Of a stretch of 64,000 nt of DNA, positions 30,796-42,012 are shown one piece after another. The notes beneath the pieces are model-generated. The model made no database searches. It worked only from the letters and a program-made list of their open reading frames with translations, and was not told the origin of the DNA. The stretch comes from an uncultured Acidobacteriota bacterium. GTDB taxonomy: Bacteria; Acidobacteriota; Vicinamibacteria; Fen-336. Numbering within the stretch: the stretch's first letter is position 1; each line of letters opens with the position of its first letter. Position numbers and translations under genes: made by a program. The DNA is taken from contig OY970399.1 in assembly GCA_963720545.1 (NCBI GenBank), positions 3,488,001-3,552,000 on the forward strand, read 5' to 3'.

Positions 30796-32189
30796 CTACA
30801 ACGAACCGGCTTCGGCGCGCGCCGCGTCGATCGCTTCGCGCACCCGGTCCTCGTGGGTGCGGACGCTGAGGATGCAGAAGCGCAGGTAGTAGCGGCCGTT
30901 CACCCGCGTGCTCGAGATGAAGACGCGCTTGCGTGAGTTGATGCGGCGCAGCAGCTCGGCGTTGTCCGCGTCCGAGCGTCCCGCGAGCCGGAAAGCCACG
31001 ATCGACAGCTGCGGCGCATCGGTGAACTCGAAACGGCCGTCATTCGCGAGTTCGCGGTAGGCGAAGAGGGCGAGCGCGCGCTTTTCGACGAGCGCATCGC
31101 GGAAGGCGTCCGCGCCGTGCAGCTGCAGCGGCAGCCAGATGCGCAGGCCGCGAAAGTCGCGCGACAGCTCGGGCGACATGTCGGCAAAGCCATGGCCGAC
31201 CTCCTCGTCGGCGCCGGCCTGCGTCAGGTCCTGCAGGTAGTCGGCGCTGCCGCGATGCGCGGCCCGCAACGCCGCGACGTCACGCACCAGCAGTGCGCCG
31301 GTGCCGTAGGGCAGGAACAGGCCCTTGTGCGGGTCGATGGTGATGGAATCGGCGAACTCGACGCCGGGCAGCAGGGCCGGGTCGGCCAGGCGGAAGAAGC
31401 CGCCGTAAGCGGCGTCGGCGTGGAGCCACAGCGACTGCGCGCGGCAGACCGCGGCCAGTTCGGGAAACGGGTCTACGGCGCCGGTGTTGGTGGTGCCGGC
31501 GCTGCCGACGACCAGGAATGGCGAGAGGCCGCGGCCGCGGTCGGCGGCGACCATCGTCGGCGAGCGCATCGACGCGCATCCGCAGCCGCGAGTCCACCGG
31601 CACAGCGCGCAGGTTGTCGGCATCGATGCCGACGATGCGCGCCGCCTTGGCCACCGAATGGTGCGCCTCGGCGGAGTGGTAAACGACGCCGCGCGCGAAC
31701 TCGCGGCCCAGCTGCTTGTCACGCGCGGTCAGCACGGCGGAGAGGTTCGAGAGCGAGCCGCCCGAGGTGAGTATGCCGCCGGCCGAAGCGGGGTAGCCCA
31801 TCATCGCGCACAGCCACGCGACCGCGGTGCGCTCCACCTGCGCCAGGACCGGCGCCGCGGCATCGACACCGACATAACGGTTGCATGCGGCCGCCATGAA
31901 GTCGGCGAGCGCGGCCGAATAGATGCCGCCGCCCGGAATGTAGGCGAGGTAGCCGGGGCCGGCGGTGTTGAACGATTTGGCGAAGGCCGGCGCGAGACGC
32001 GCGAGCAGCGACTCGAGCGCAACACCGCTGCGCGGCAGCGGTTCGCGAAACGCTGGCGGTGAGCGGTGCCGCGTTTTCGACGTCGTGTGACGGTTGCGTC
32101 GCGAGCGTGCCAACGTGCTCGCGCGCGAACGCGAACACCGCCTCGCCAAGGCGCAGCATCGCGGCATCATCGGGCTCGAGCGGAGTCAT
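30796..32189 (-). pseudogene. Group II PLP-dependent (aromatic amino acid) decarboxylase with two +1 frameshifts
   Basis: Three successive frames join: MTPLEP...; ...TSGGSLSN...HHSVAKAA...; ...GTTNTGAVD...HADAAYGG...DPHK; shifts near 32054 and 31558. Confidence 0.85.
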
Positions 32190-32285
32190 CGGAGGCGAAG
32201 CTTAGGCGAGAAACGTGTTAGCCTCATCCGGTCCATTTCTCCCGTTTTTCCTCGCAAAAACCGAGCTTCTCAAGACCAGGAACCG

Positions 32286-33586
<1,301 letters not shown>

Positions 33587-33590
<4 letters not shown>

Positions 33591-34582
33591 CCGCGCCGCC
33601 AGCGCCGCAGCAGCAGCCGGCGTGGCCGATCACCCTGCGCGACGTCCTCGAGGCGCGCCAACGGATTGCGGCGCACATTCAGCGCACGCCATTGCGCAGC
33701 TACGCCGGACTCGACGCTCTCGTCGGCAGCGGCATCCGCGTTCTCGTGAAGCACGAGAACCACAACCCCACTGGCGCCTTCAAGGCGCGGAACGCGCTGT
33801 CCGCGCTGCTGATGCTGAGCGACGAACAGCGCGCGCGCGGCGTCATCGGCGCGACCCGCGGCAACCACGGCCAGGGTCTCGCGTGGGCGGGAGAGAAGCT
33901 CGGCGTCAAGGTCACGGTGTGCGTGCCGTTCGGCAACAACCCCGACAAGAACGATTCGATGCGCGGCTACGGAGCGCGCCTCATCGAGGACGGCGCCGAC
34001 TACGACGCCGCGGTGAAGGTGGCCGACCGCCTGACGCGCGCCGAGGGCCTGACGCTCGTGCATTCCACCAACAACCTCGGCGTGCTCGCCGGCGCCGCCA
34101 CCATCAGCCTCGAGATCCTCGAGGATGCGCCCGAGGTGGACGCCATCGTGGTCGGCGTCGGCGGCGGTTCGCAGGCAGTCGGCGCCATCACGGTGGCGCG
34201 CGCGCTGAAGCCGTCGCTCGAGGTGTTCGGCGTGCAGGCAGCCGGCGCCCCGGGGCTGCAGCAGTCCTGGAAGGCGGGTACGGTGCTGGAAGGCCCGCCG
34301 CCCGCGACCATCGCCGACGGCCTTGCGACGCGCGTTCCGCAGCCCATGACGTTCGACGCGCTGCGCAGCGGCCTTGCCGACTTCGTCCTGGTGAGCGAAG
34401 ACCAGATCGCGGCGGGCGTTCGCGACTTGCTGCGCACCACCCACAACCTGCCCGAGGCTTCAGCGGCGGTGCCGCTTGCCGGCATCCTCCAGTTGCGCGA
34501 GCGCCTCGCGGGCAAGACCGTCGCCTTCATCTTCTCCGGCGGCAACATCGACGCCGCCACCTTGCGCCAGGTCCTGGCATAG
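33587..34582 (+). CDS. Threonine/serine dehydratase family PLP enzyme (probable CTG start)
   Basis: RTPL, KHENHNPTGAFKAR, TRGNHGQG, VGGG, SGGNID. Confidence 0.88.
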
Positions 34583-34603
34583 GTCTTTTCCCCCGACCCA
34601 TCG

Positions 34604-34653
34604 CCGTTTTCCCGAGGGGTTCGGGTTGTTACTGCCCCGAGGGATCTCCCGTT
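34604..34653 (+). repeat. Intergenic hairpin repeat family A, copy 2
   Basis: CCGTTTTCCCGAGGG-N17-CCCGAGGGATCTCCCGTT. Confidence 0.75.
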
Positions 34654-34692
34654 GTGGCACACTTCCCGCGCCTGCGGGCAGGAGGTCATACG

Positions 34693-35271
34693 ATGGGACG
34701 AAAGATTCTGGCCGGTTTCCTGGCGGCCCTTGCGATGTTCGTCTACGGCATGATTTCGCACATGGCGCTCGGGCTCACCGACCGCCACCTGAAGACCTTC
34801 CCCAACGAGGCGGCGGTGATCGAAGGCCTCCGCACCACGGTGCCGGGCCGCGGCCTCTACCTCTATCCGTCGATCGCCATGGACGCGCCGCCCGAGCTGC
34901 AGCAGTCGGCGATGATCGAGTACAACCGGGCCTACTCGGCCGGCCCGCGCGGCATCCTGATCTACGAGCCGACCGGCGGCACGCCGAGCTTCCCGCTGAT
35001 GCTCGCCAGGCAGTTCCTCTTCAACGCAGCCGTCGCCTTCATCGCCATGTGGCTGCTTGGATTCGCGGCTGCGCAGCGGCCCGCCTACTGGAGCCGCGTG
35101 TGCTTCGTCGCCTCGCTGGGCGTCCTGGCCAGCTTCTTCGTCGACTTCCCGTACTGGAACTGGTATTCGTTCCCGACGGGTTACACCCTCGCCGTGCTCC
35201 TCGACCGCACGCTGATGGCGGCGGCAGGCGGCCTGGTGCTCGCGTACTTCGTGAAGCCGCTGCGCGCCTAG
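34693..35271 (+). CDS. Hypothetical membrane protein (about 4 TM)
   Basis: GGAGG RBS; hydrophobic helices; YWNWYSFP motif. Confidence 0.8.
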   Translation: MGRKILAGFLAALAMFVYGMISHMALGLTDRHLKTFPNEAAVIEGLRTTVPGRGLYLYPSIAMDAPPELQQSAMIEYNRAYSAGPRGILIYEPTGGTPSFPLMLARQFLFNAAVAFIAMWLLGFAAAQRPAYWSRVCFVASLGVLASFFVDFPYWNWYSFPTGYTLAVLLDRTLMAAAGGLVLAYFVKPLRA

Positions 35272-35383
35272 GTTCTCCTCGGCCTCCAGCAGGCGGGCAA
35301 GGGCGTCGAGCCGCCGTGTCCATTGGGTGCGCTGCGCCGCCAGCCAGTAGACTGCAAGCACCGAAGGGACGAGAGGTGAAGCG

Positions 35384-35695
35384 CTGGACCACATCGGCAA
35401 GACGTTCGAGTTCGACTACGGTGCGCTGCTGATCGAGGTGCGCTACCAGGCGGCCGACCGCCTGCTGTGGAAGCAAGTGAAGGGGCCGGCCGCCGGCTCG
35501 AGCGGCATCGAGGCGACCAGCATGATCGAGATCCGGCCGCGCGTCGTTTTCATCACCTGGCAGGAAAAGGATCTCTCGGTGGTGTCGCAGGTGGTCGACT
35601 TCGAACGCGGCGCGGTGTTCACCGCGTGGGTCTCCGCCGCCAGGGCGCTTGCCAATTTCCAAGGCAAGGTCAAGGAGACCTTCCCGGCGCAGTAG
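35384..35695 (+). CDS. MoaF-like small beta-barrel protein (probable CTG start)
   Basis: IGKTFEFDYG...W...FITWQEKD..VSQVVDFE; GAGGTG RBS 5 nt before CTG. Confidence 0.65.
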   Translation: MDHIGKTFEFDYGALLIEVRYQAADRLLWKQVKGPAAGSSGIEATSMIEIRPRVVFITWQEKDLSVVSQVVDFERGAVFTAWVSAARALANFQGKVKETFPAQ

Positions 35696-36712
35696 TTAGC
35701 GGGCGGGCGCTTGCGTGGCCGCCGCGGTGCCGCGGTCGGTCGGGGTGCCCTCGGCCAGTTCCCAGTTGGTGTGCGGCGCGCGGTTCAGCACGAACCATTG
35801 CCAGACGATCTGCCGATAGGTGTGCGGCTTCAGCTCCAGCTCGGCGTACAGCGGGCGCAGCCGCATGTGCAGCTTGCGCAGGTTGTAGAACGGCACGCGC
35901 GGAAAGTAGTGATGCTCGAGGTGGTAGTTCGAGTAGACGAACAGGAAGTCCCAGAACCGGCTGGCCTTCATCAGCGTCGCCCACTTGAGCGGATGCGTCG
36001 GGTCGATGTTGTAGTGCTGCCCGAGCCGGTTGAGGCAGAACGCCACCGGGAAGACGAAGAAGTACGGGATCAGCTGCACGCGCAGCAGCACACCGAGGCC
36101 GCCGAAGTAGTAGAGCGCGCCCATCACGCCGAACTGCAGCGCCATGGTGCCGAGTCGCTCGAACGCGATGCGGCGGCGCAGCGCCGCCGGATAGGTGGCC
36201 ACTTCGCTCGCAGCCGCGCGGAAATAGATGGGGATGAGCAGCGGCGTCGCGTAGAGGAGCTTGTACCAGCGGGCGTTGCGCTTGGGCGAGAGCCAATGCC
36301 GCTTCGGGTCGTCCTCGTCGGAACCCAGGTTGTCGTGGTGGTCGAGGTGCCACTTGGTGAACTGGCTCGCCGAGATGCCGCTGGTGCTGGCGTAGACGAT
36401 GCCGAGGACACGCTCCCAGCCGGGCCGTCCGTGGCGGAACACCGACTGGTGGACCACCTCGTGGAGCAGCGTGGTCATGTTGAAGAAGGTGAAGCCCTGG
36501 ACGATGGCCAGCGGCACCCAGATGAGCGGGTTGGTGAAGTGCCACAGACCCCAGCCGCACAGCCCGATGATCGCGAACTGGCGGAACGCGTACGCGAGGT
36601 GCATCGCCGGCTTGTTGACGTGCAGCTCGCGCAGTTCTTCCACAGGAATCGCCTCGCGGAGGCGGGTCTTGAACTGGGCAATCGCCGTCCAGTAGTGGTT
36701 CGACTTGCTCAC
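35696..36712 (-). CDS. Membrane fatty acid desaturase/hydroxylase family
   Basis: His boxes HEVVH, HLDHH, HLEHH. Confidence 0.9.
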   Translation of the reverse strand: MSKSNHYWTAIAQFKTRLREAIPVEELRELHVNKPAMHLAYAFRQFAIIGLCGWGLWHFTNPLIWVPLAIVQGFTFFNMTTLLHEVVHQSVFRHGRPGWERVLGIVYASTSGISASQFTKWHLDHHDNLGSDEDDPKRHWLSPKRNARWYKLLYATPLLIPIYFRAAASEVATYPAALRRRIAFERLGTMALQFGVMGALYYFGGLGVLLRVQLIPYFFVFPVAFCLNRLGQHYNIDPTHPLKWATLMKASRFWDFLFVYSNYHLEHHYFPRVPFYNLRKLHMRLRPLYAELELKPHTYRQIVWQWFVLNRAPHTNWELAEGTPTDRGTAAATQAPAR

Positions 36713-36834
36713 GAACCCATATTAACAGGGGGGTAAAGCAGGGCTGGTAATAGGTTGGTAACAGCGGTCAAGACAGGCGCGGGGCCCCGAGAAAGGATCC
36801 GGGGCCCCGGTGGGACGCGTTACCGCCCAGGCAG

Positions 36835-37287
36835 TTACCAGCGGCGGTCGGAATAGCCGGGTCGCGGCCGCGCGTAGTCGCGATCGCCCCAGCGGTCGCG
36901 GTAGCCCTGGTCGTAGCCCTGGACGTAGCCGCGGCGGAAGCCGGCCTGGTAGGCGTCGCGAGGACCGAACTCGCGCTTGTAGCCCTTGTCGGCGTTGCGA
37001 TACGTCTTCTCGTCGCGGTACTCGTAGCGGCGGTCGCGGTTGTCGTCGCGGTCGCCCTGCTTCAGGCCTTCGCTGCGGCCGCGTTCGTAACCGGCCTGGT
37101 AAGCGTAGGAGCTGTAGGAACCGTAGCCATTTCCATATCCGCCGTAGCCGCCGTAACCGTAGCGGTTGTCGTAGTGCCGATCGCCGCCGAGCACGATGCG
37201 AATGCCGACGTCGGCTGCCATCACGGGTGTGGGGGCGATCGCCGAAGCCGCGACGAAAACCCCCGCTGCCAACAGTGTCGCCTTCAT
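36835..37287 (-). CDS. Secreted Gly/Tyr/Arg-rich protein with GYxxG repeats
   Basis: Signal peptide; AYQAGYERG, AYQAGFRRGYVQGYDQGY; AAGGAG RBS. Confidence 0.75.
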   Translation of the reverse strand: MKATLLAAGVFVAASAIAPTPVMAADVGIRIVLGGDRHYDNRYGYGGYGGYGNGYGSYSSYAYQAGYERGRSEGLKQGDRDDNRDRRYEYRDEKTYRNADKGYKREFGPRDAYQAGFRRGYVQGYDQGYRDRWGDRDYARPRPGYSDRRW

Positions 37288-37428
37288 GACCTTGTCTCCT
37301 TTGATCGGCGCTTGCCGAGTCGGGGAGTGGAATTGCAACGGCCATGCCTGCGCAAAAACCCAACAAATACCGAAGAAATTACAGCGGACGGGGTGGCCGT
37401 CCGCTGTGGAGGACAGCGCGCGTGATGC

Positions 37429-38517
37429 CTACGGACGTGCTTCGAGCACCATATTGAATGGAGTCGCGGCAACGCGCTTCACGCTACTGAAGCCGGCGTC
37501 TTGCGCGACCTTGCGAAGCCGTGCCTCACCAGCCTGCGCACCAAGCGCGGCGCCGACATCCTGTGACAGCGAGTTCGGCGTGCAAAGCAGGGTCGAGAAA
37601 CCGTAGTAGACGCTGCCGACGGGGTTGAGGTTTCCGACGAGGTCGTCGGCCGCCATCGGCTCGACGATCATCCACACGCCGTCTGGTGCCAGCGACTGGC
37701 GCACGTGGCGCGCCGCGCCGACCGGGTCACCCATGTCGTGCAGGCAGTCGAAGAACGTGACGAGGTCGTAGCCGGCGCCGGGGAACTCGGCCGCCGCCGC
37801 ACGCTGGAACGAGACGCGGGTACCGAGGCCAGCAGCGGCCGCGTTGTCGCGCGCCATGTCTAGAGAGCCCTGGTGATAGTCGAAGCCCTTGAAGGTGGTG
37901 TTCGGGAACGCCTTCGCCATGAGGATGGTGGAGGCGCCTAGCCCGCAGCCGACGTCGGCGACGCGCGCGCCGCGCTCGAGCTTCCCGGTGACGCCGGAAA
38001 GCGCCGGCAGCCAGGAGGTCAGCAGGTTCGCGAGGTAGTTGGGCCGGAAGAAGCGCTCGCAGCCTTCGAAGACGTTGTGGTCGTGCTCGTGCCAGCCGAA
38101 GCCCTTGCCGGTGCGAAAGCACTCTTCGATCTGCGGCACGGCGTCGAGCGAGCCGAGCGCCAGCTGGAAGGCGCCGGGGAAGTAGGCGATGGCCTGCGGA
38201 TCGGTGAGTGCAAAAGCCTGCTCGGGCGAAATGCTGAAACGGTCGCTGTCGGCGTGATACGCGATGTAGCCGCTCGCGGACTGCGCCGACGCCCACTCGC
38301 GCACGTAGCGCTCGGTGGTTTTGGTGCGCGCCGCGAGCTCGGCGGCGCTGAGCGGTTCGGCGGCATCGGCCAGGGCCTTGTAGAGGCCAAGGCGCGCGCC
38401 CAGCACCACGAGGCCGGCGTTGACCGTGGCGCCGAGGTCGCCGACGAAACGGTTCAGGAAGGTATCGAACTTCGCGGGATCGAAAGCAGCAGCGGGCTGT
38501 GTGGCTTGAGTCGACAT
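37429..38517 (-). CDS. SAM-dependent methyltransferase with N-terminal wHTH (Rv2258c-like)
   Basis: ERYVREW, VADVGCGLG, FDCLHDMGDP, LGAQAGE; AGGAG RBS. Confidence 0.9.
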   Translation of the reverse strand: MSTQATQPAAAFDPAKFDTFLNRFVGDLGATVNAGLVVLGARLGLYKALADAAEPLSAAELAARTKTTERYVREWASAQSASGYIAYHADSDRFSISPEQAFALTDPQAIAYFPGAFQLALGSLDAVPQIEECFRTGKGFGWHEHDHNVFEGCERFFRPNYLANLLTSWLPALSGVTGKLERGARVADVGCGLGASTILMAKAFPNTTFKGFDYHQGSLDMARDNAAAAGLGTRVSFQRAAAAEFPGAGYDLVTFFDCLHDMGDPVGAARHVRQSLAPDGVWMIVEPMAADDLVGNLNPVGSVYYGFSTLLCTPNSLSQDVGAALGAQAGEARLRKVAQDAGFSSVKRVAATPFNMVLEARP

Positions 38518-38561
38518 CGTTTGGCTCCTGGCGGGGAGACTCTCCCCGGGTCTGATGTAAT

Positions 38562-38577
38562 TCGGTCGCTCGACCGA
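38562..38577. promoter_or_regulatory. Probable TetR operator 1
   Basis: TCGGTCG-CT-CGACCGA upstream of methyltransferase. Confidence 0.7.
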
Positions 38578-38691
38578 CAAGACGCAATATCAGCCCTGGC
38601 CGGCTGATTGTCAAGAACCAAAATGGTCAACATCCTCAGATAATCCTCATGGATCTCTTGACAATGGTTTTCGGACGCGAGAAAGTCGGAA

Positions 38692-38707
38692 TCGGTCGTA
38701 CGACCGA
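38692..38707. promoter_or_regulatory. Probable TetR operator 2
   Basis: Perfect palindrome TCGGTCGTACGACCGA just upstream of TetR RBS. Confidence 0.75.
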
Positions 38708-38717
38708 AAGAGGTAGT

Positions 38718-39359
38718 TTGACGATTAACGGCAAAGAAACGGACACTCCGGCGGCCATACTCGCGGCAGCGCGCACTCGCTTGCTCGCCGACGGCTACGC
38801 GCGCCTTTCGACGCGCAAGGTCGCGCAGGAGGCGGGGGTTCCGCTGTCGCAGGTTCACTACCACTTTGGCTCGAAGGGCGGCATGGTGCTGGCGCTTCTC
38901 GAGAACGAGAACCGCCGGCGGCTCGCTCGGCAGACGACGATGTACGCGCAGGACACGCCGCTGTGGAAGCGCTGGGAGCAGGCCTGCGACTATTTCGAGG
39001 ACGATCTCGAGTCGGGGTATGTGCGCGTGCTGCAGGAGATGATCGCTGCCGGCTGGTCGACGCCGGAGATCGGGGCGCAGGCGCGAACGATACTGAAGGG
39101 GTGGTTCGACCTGTTGGTGGAGGTGGCGCGCGAGGCCTCGCAGCGGTTTGGCAGCCTCGGCCCGTTCGAGCCGGAGGAGATCGCGGCGCTCGTCGCCTGC
39201 TCCTTCATCGGCGCCGAGGCGCTGCTGCTCGTCGGCCACGAACGCCAGCAGGTGCCCATCCGCGCGTCGCTGCGGCGCGTCGGCACGCTCATCCGCCAGT
39301 TCGAAGACGCGGCCCGCAAGGAAGAGCGGCCGAGGAAGGCGGCTAGTGCGGGCGCTTGA
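38718..39359 (+). CDS. TetR/AcrR family regulator
   Basis: ILAAAR..L..GY...STRKVAQEAGV...VHYHFGSK; GAGGT RBS before TTG. Confidence 0.92.
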   Translation: MTINGKETDTPAAILAAARTRLLADGYARLSTRKVAQEAGVPLSQVHYHFGSKGGMVLALLENENRRRLARQTTMYAQDTPLWKRWEQACDYFEDDLESGYVRVLQEMIAAGWSTPEIGAQARTILKGWFDLLVEVAREASQRFGSLGPFEPEEIAALVACSFIGAEALLLVGHERQQVPIRASLRRVGTLIRQFEDAARKEERPRKAASAGA

Positions 39360-41484
39360 GCCCGACCGCGCCGGCTTCGCCGAGCGCAACGGCGTGCGCA
39401 TCGCCTACGAGGTCTTCGGCGACAGGCCCGGACGCACGACCGTGCTGTTGGCGCCGACATGGTCGATCGTCCATTCGCGCATGTGGAAGGGCCAGGTCCC
39501 GTATCTCGCGCGCCACTTCCGGGTCGTCACTTTCGACGGCCGCGGCTGTGGGCAGTCCGACCGGCCGCAAGACAGCGCTGCCTACACCCACCTGGAGTTC
39601 GCCGACGACCTGATCGCGGTCCTCGATGCCACGCTCACGAAGCAGGCGGTGATCTGCGCCTTTTCGTGCGGTGCGTTGTGGAGCGTGCAGGCGGCGGCCG
39701 ACCATCCGGAGCGGGTCCTCGGCCTCGTCGCCATCGGGCCGGCCGTGCCGCTGGCACCGGGCCTGCCCGAGCGGCAGGTCCACGCTTTCGACGCGCGCCT
39801 CGACACCACCGAGGGCTGGGCCAAATACAACAAGCACTACTGGACCGAAGGCGGGTACAGCGACTTCCTCGAGTACTTCTTCCACCAGGTGATCCACGAG
39901 CCGCACTCGACCAAGCAGATCGAGGACCTGATGGGGTGGGCGCATGAGATCGATCCGCAAACCCTCGTGGCCACCGACGAGGGCATGGGCGGGGCCTGCA
40001 CCATCGAAAGCTTCCGCGCGGTGTGCGAGCGCGTGCGCGCGCCGGTGCTCGTGATCCACGGCGACGAGGACCGGATCCGTCCGCATGCGCAGGGCGCGGC
40101 GCTCGCGAAGGTCACGGGCGGCCGTCTCGTCACGGTGGCTGGCGGCGGACACGGGACCACCGCGAAGGATCCGGTGCTCATCAACCTGCTGATCAAGGAG
40201 TTCGTCGACGGTATCGACGCGCACCGCTCGGGCGCCGCCGTGAAGGCGCCGGGCACCGCCTGGACTCGCGCCGTGCGTCGTCCGAGGAAGGCGCTCTACA
40301 TTTCCTCGCCGATCGGCCTCGGCCATGCGCAGCGCGACGTAGCCATTGCGGCGGAGTTGAAGAAGCTTGCACCCGCCCTTCAGATCGACTGGCTCGCGCA
40401 GCACCCGGTAACCACGGTGCTCGAGCGGGTGGGGGAGCGAATCCACCCGGCTTCTCGCTGGCTCGTCAACGAATCGGCGCACATCGAGGACGAGTCGCAC
40501 GAGCACGACCTGCATGCGTTCCAGGCCATCCGCCGCATGGACGAGATCCTGGTCAGCAACTTCATGGTGTTTCACGACGTAGTGGCCGCCGAACCGTACG
40601 ACCTGGTGATCGGCGACGAAGCCTGGGACGTCGACTACTTCCTGCACGAGAACCCCGAGCTCAAGCGCTTCGCGTTCGCGTGGATGACCGACTTCGTGGG
40701 CTGGCTGCCGATGCCCGACGGTGGCGCGCGCGAGGCGGCGCTGGCCGCCGACTACAACGCCGAGATGATCGAGCAGCGCGCGCGCTTCAAGCGGCTGCGC
40801 GACGCGTCGGTGTTCGTTGGTGACGCCGACGACATCGTGCCCGACGCCTTCGGCGCCGGCCTGCCCGCGATCCGCGACTGGACCGAGAAGAATTTCGATT
40901 TCGCCGGCTACGTCACGGGCTTCGATCCCGCGGCCTTTGCCGACCGCGAGGCACTGCGCGCCGAACTCGGCTACCGCCCGGACGCGCGCGTCTGCATCGT
41001 CACTGTCGGCGGGTCAGGCGTCGGCGCGTCGCTGCTGAAGCGCGCAATCGATGCTGTGCCGCTGGCGCGGCGCGCCGTGCCGGGGTTGTGCTTCGTGGTC
41101 GTCTGCGGTCCGCGCATCGATCCGGCGTCGTTGCCGGCGTGCGAGGGCGTCGTCTACAAGCAGTACGTACCGCAGCTCTACAAGCACCTCGCGGCCTGCG
41201 ACCTGGCGGTGGTTCAGGGCGGCCTGACTACCTGCATGGAACTGACCGCCAACCGCCGCCCCTTCATCTACGTGCCGCTGCGCCACCACTTCGAGCAGAA
41301 CTTCCACGTCCGCCACCGCCTCAACCGCTATGGCGCCGGCCGCCACATGCCGTACGAGGAAGCGAGCGAACCCGATGCCCTGGCCGCCGCGATCACGGCC
41401 GAGATCGACCGCACCGTCGACTACCGCCCGGTGGCAACGGACGGCGCCGCCAAGGCTGCGCGGCTGCTCGCCAACCTGCTCTAG
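39346..41484 (+). CDS. Alpha/beta hydrolase fused to GT-B (GT28-like) glycosyltransferase
   Basis: FDGRGCGQSD, AFSCG, HGDED, GGGH; then SPIGLGHAQRD, VTVGGSG, QGGLTTCMEL, HFEQ. Confidence 0.88.
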   Translation: MRALEPDRAGFAERNGVRIAYEVFGDRPGRTTVLLAPTWSIVHSRMWKGQVPYLARHFRVVTFDGRGCGQSDRPQDSAAYTHLEFADDLIAVLDATLTKQAVICAFSCGALWSVQAAADHPERVLGLVAIGPAVPLAPGLPERQVHAFDARLDTTEGWAKYNKHYWTEGGYSDFLEYFFHQVIHEPHSTKQIEDLMGWAHEIDPQTLVATDEGMGGACTIESFRAVCERVRAPVLVIHGDEDRIRPHAQGAALAKVTGGRLVTVAGGGHGTTAKDPVLINLLIKEFVDGIDAHRSGAAVKAPGTAWTRAVRRPRKALYISSPIGLGHAQRDVAIAAELKKLAPALQIDWLAQHPVTTVLERVGERIHPASRWLVNESAHIEDESHEHDLHAFQAIRRMDEILVSNFMVFHDVVAAEPYDLVIGDEAWDVDYFLHENPELKRFAFAWMTDFVGWLPMPDGGAREAALAADYNAEMIEQRARFKRLRDASVFVGDADDIVPDAFGAGLPAIRDWTEKNFDFAGYVTGFDPAAFADREALRAELGYRPDARVCIVTVGGSGVGASLLKRAIDAVPLARRAVPGLCFVVVCGPRIDPASLPACEGVVYKQYVPQLYKHLAACDLAVVQGGLTTCMELTANRRPFIYVPLRHHFEQNFHVRHRLNRYGAGRHMPYEEASEPDALAAAITAEIDRTVDYRPVATDGAAKAARLLANLL

Positions 41485-41496
41485 AAAGCGGGGCGG

Positions 41497-41835
41497 TTAG
41501 CCGGCGTCCTGGACGCGCCAGCGGCTGAGGCCCGGATCCGTGAGCTCGTGCGAGCGCATCTCGGTCGCAACGCCGGTCGCGAGCGCCCGCTTCACCTCGT
41601 CGGCCACCGCCGCCTCGAGTGTCACCAGTTCCTTGCGGCGGCGCCTCGCTTCGTCGGTGTCCTGCGCCGACGGCGGCAGCGCGTCGAGGGCGGCAGTGGC
41701 CCGCTGGGACACGATCCGTCCCACGGCGACCGCGAACAGGTCGCGTTCACGCGTGCTCCACGCGTCGCTGCGATTCAGGTCGAGCCCGATTTCCCGGACG
41801 TCCTCGTGGATCCCCAAGCGGTCAACTATGAACAC
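41497..41835 (-). CDS. Hypothetical protein
   Basis: GGAGGAG RBS before GTG; helical ORF. Confidence 0.55.
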   Translation of the reverse strand: MFIVDRLGIHEDVREIGLDLNRSDAWSTRERDLFAVAVGRIVSQRATAALDALPPSAQDTDEARRRRKELVTLEAAVADEVKRALATGVATEMRSHELTDPGLSRWRVQDAG

Positions 41836-41984
41836 CGTGCTCCTCCCACTTGCGTTACGTGCCCCCGCCCACAAGTTCCCTGTCAAAAGTTGCAGCGTTC
41901 CCGAGCGCTGTCACCGCTTGCGCGAAAGCACCGGCTCCCGAACGCTGCCAACGCGGCGCTGGCGCGAAGGATCCTCGTTTCCCC

Positions 41985-42004
41985 TACTGTGTCCGGACAC
42001 AGTA
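41985..42004. repeat. Perfect 20-bp palindrome (REP-like), family B copy 2
   Basis: TACTGTGTCCGGACACAGTA. Confidence 0.8.
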
Positions 42005-42012
42005 ACGCCCGC

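Noticed and set aside
36780..36809. CGGGGCCCCG repeated twice
   Set aside because: Possible hairpin after the upstream gene but lacks a U-tract and is low complexity; too weak to call
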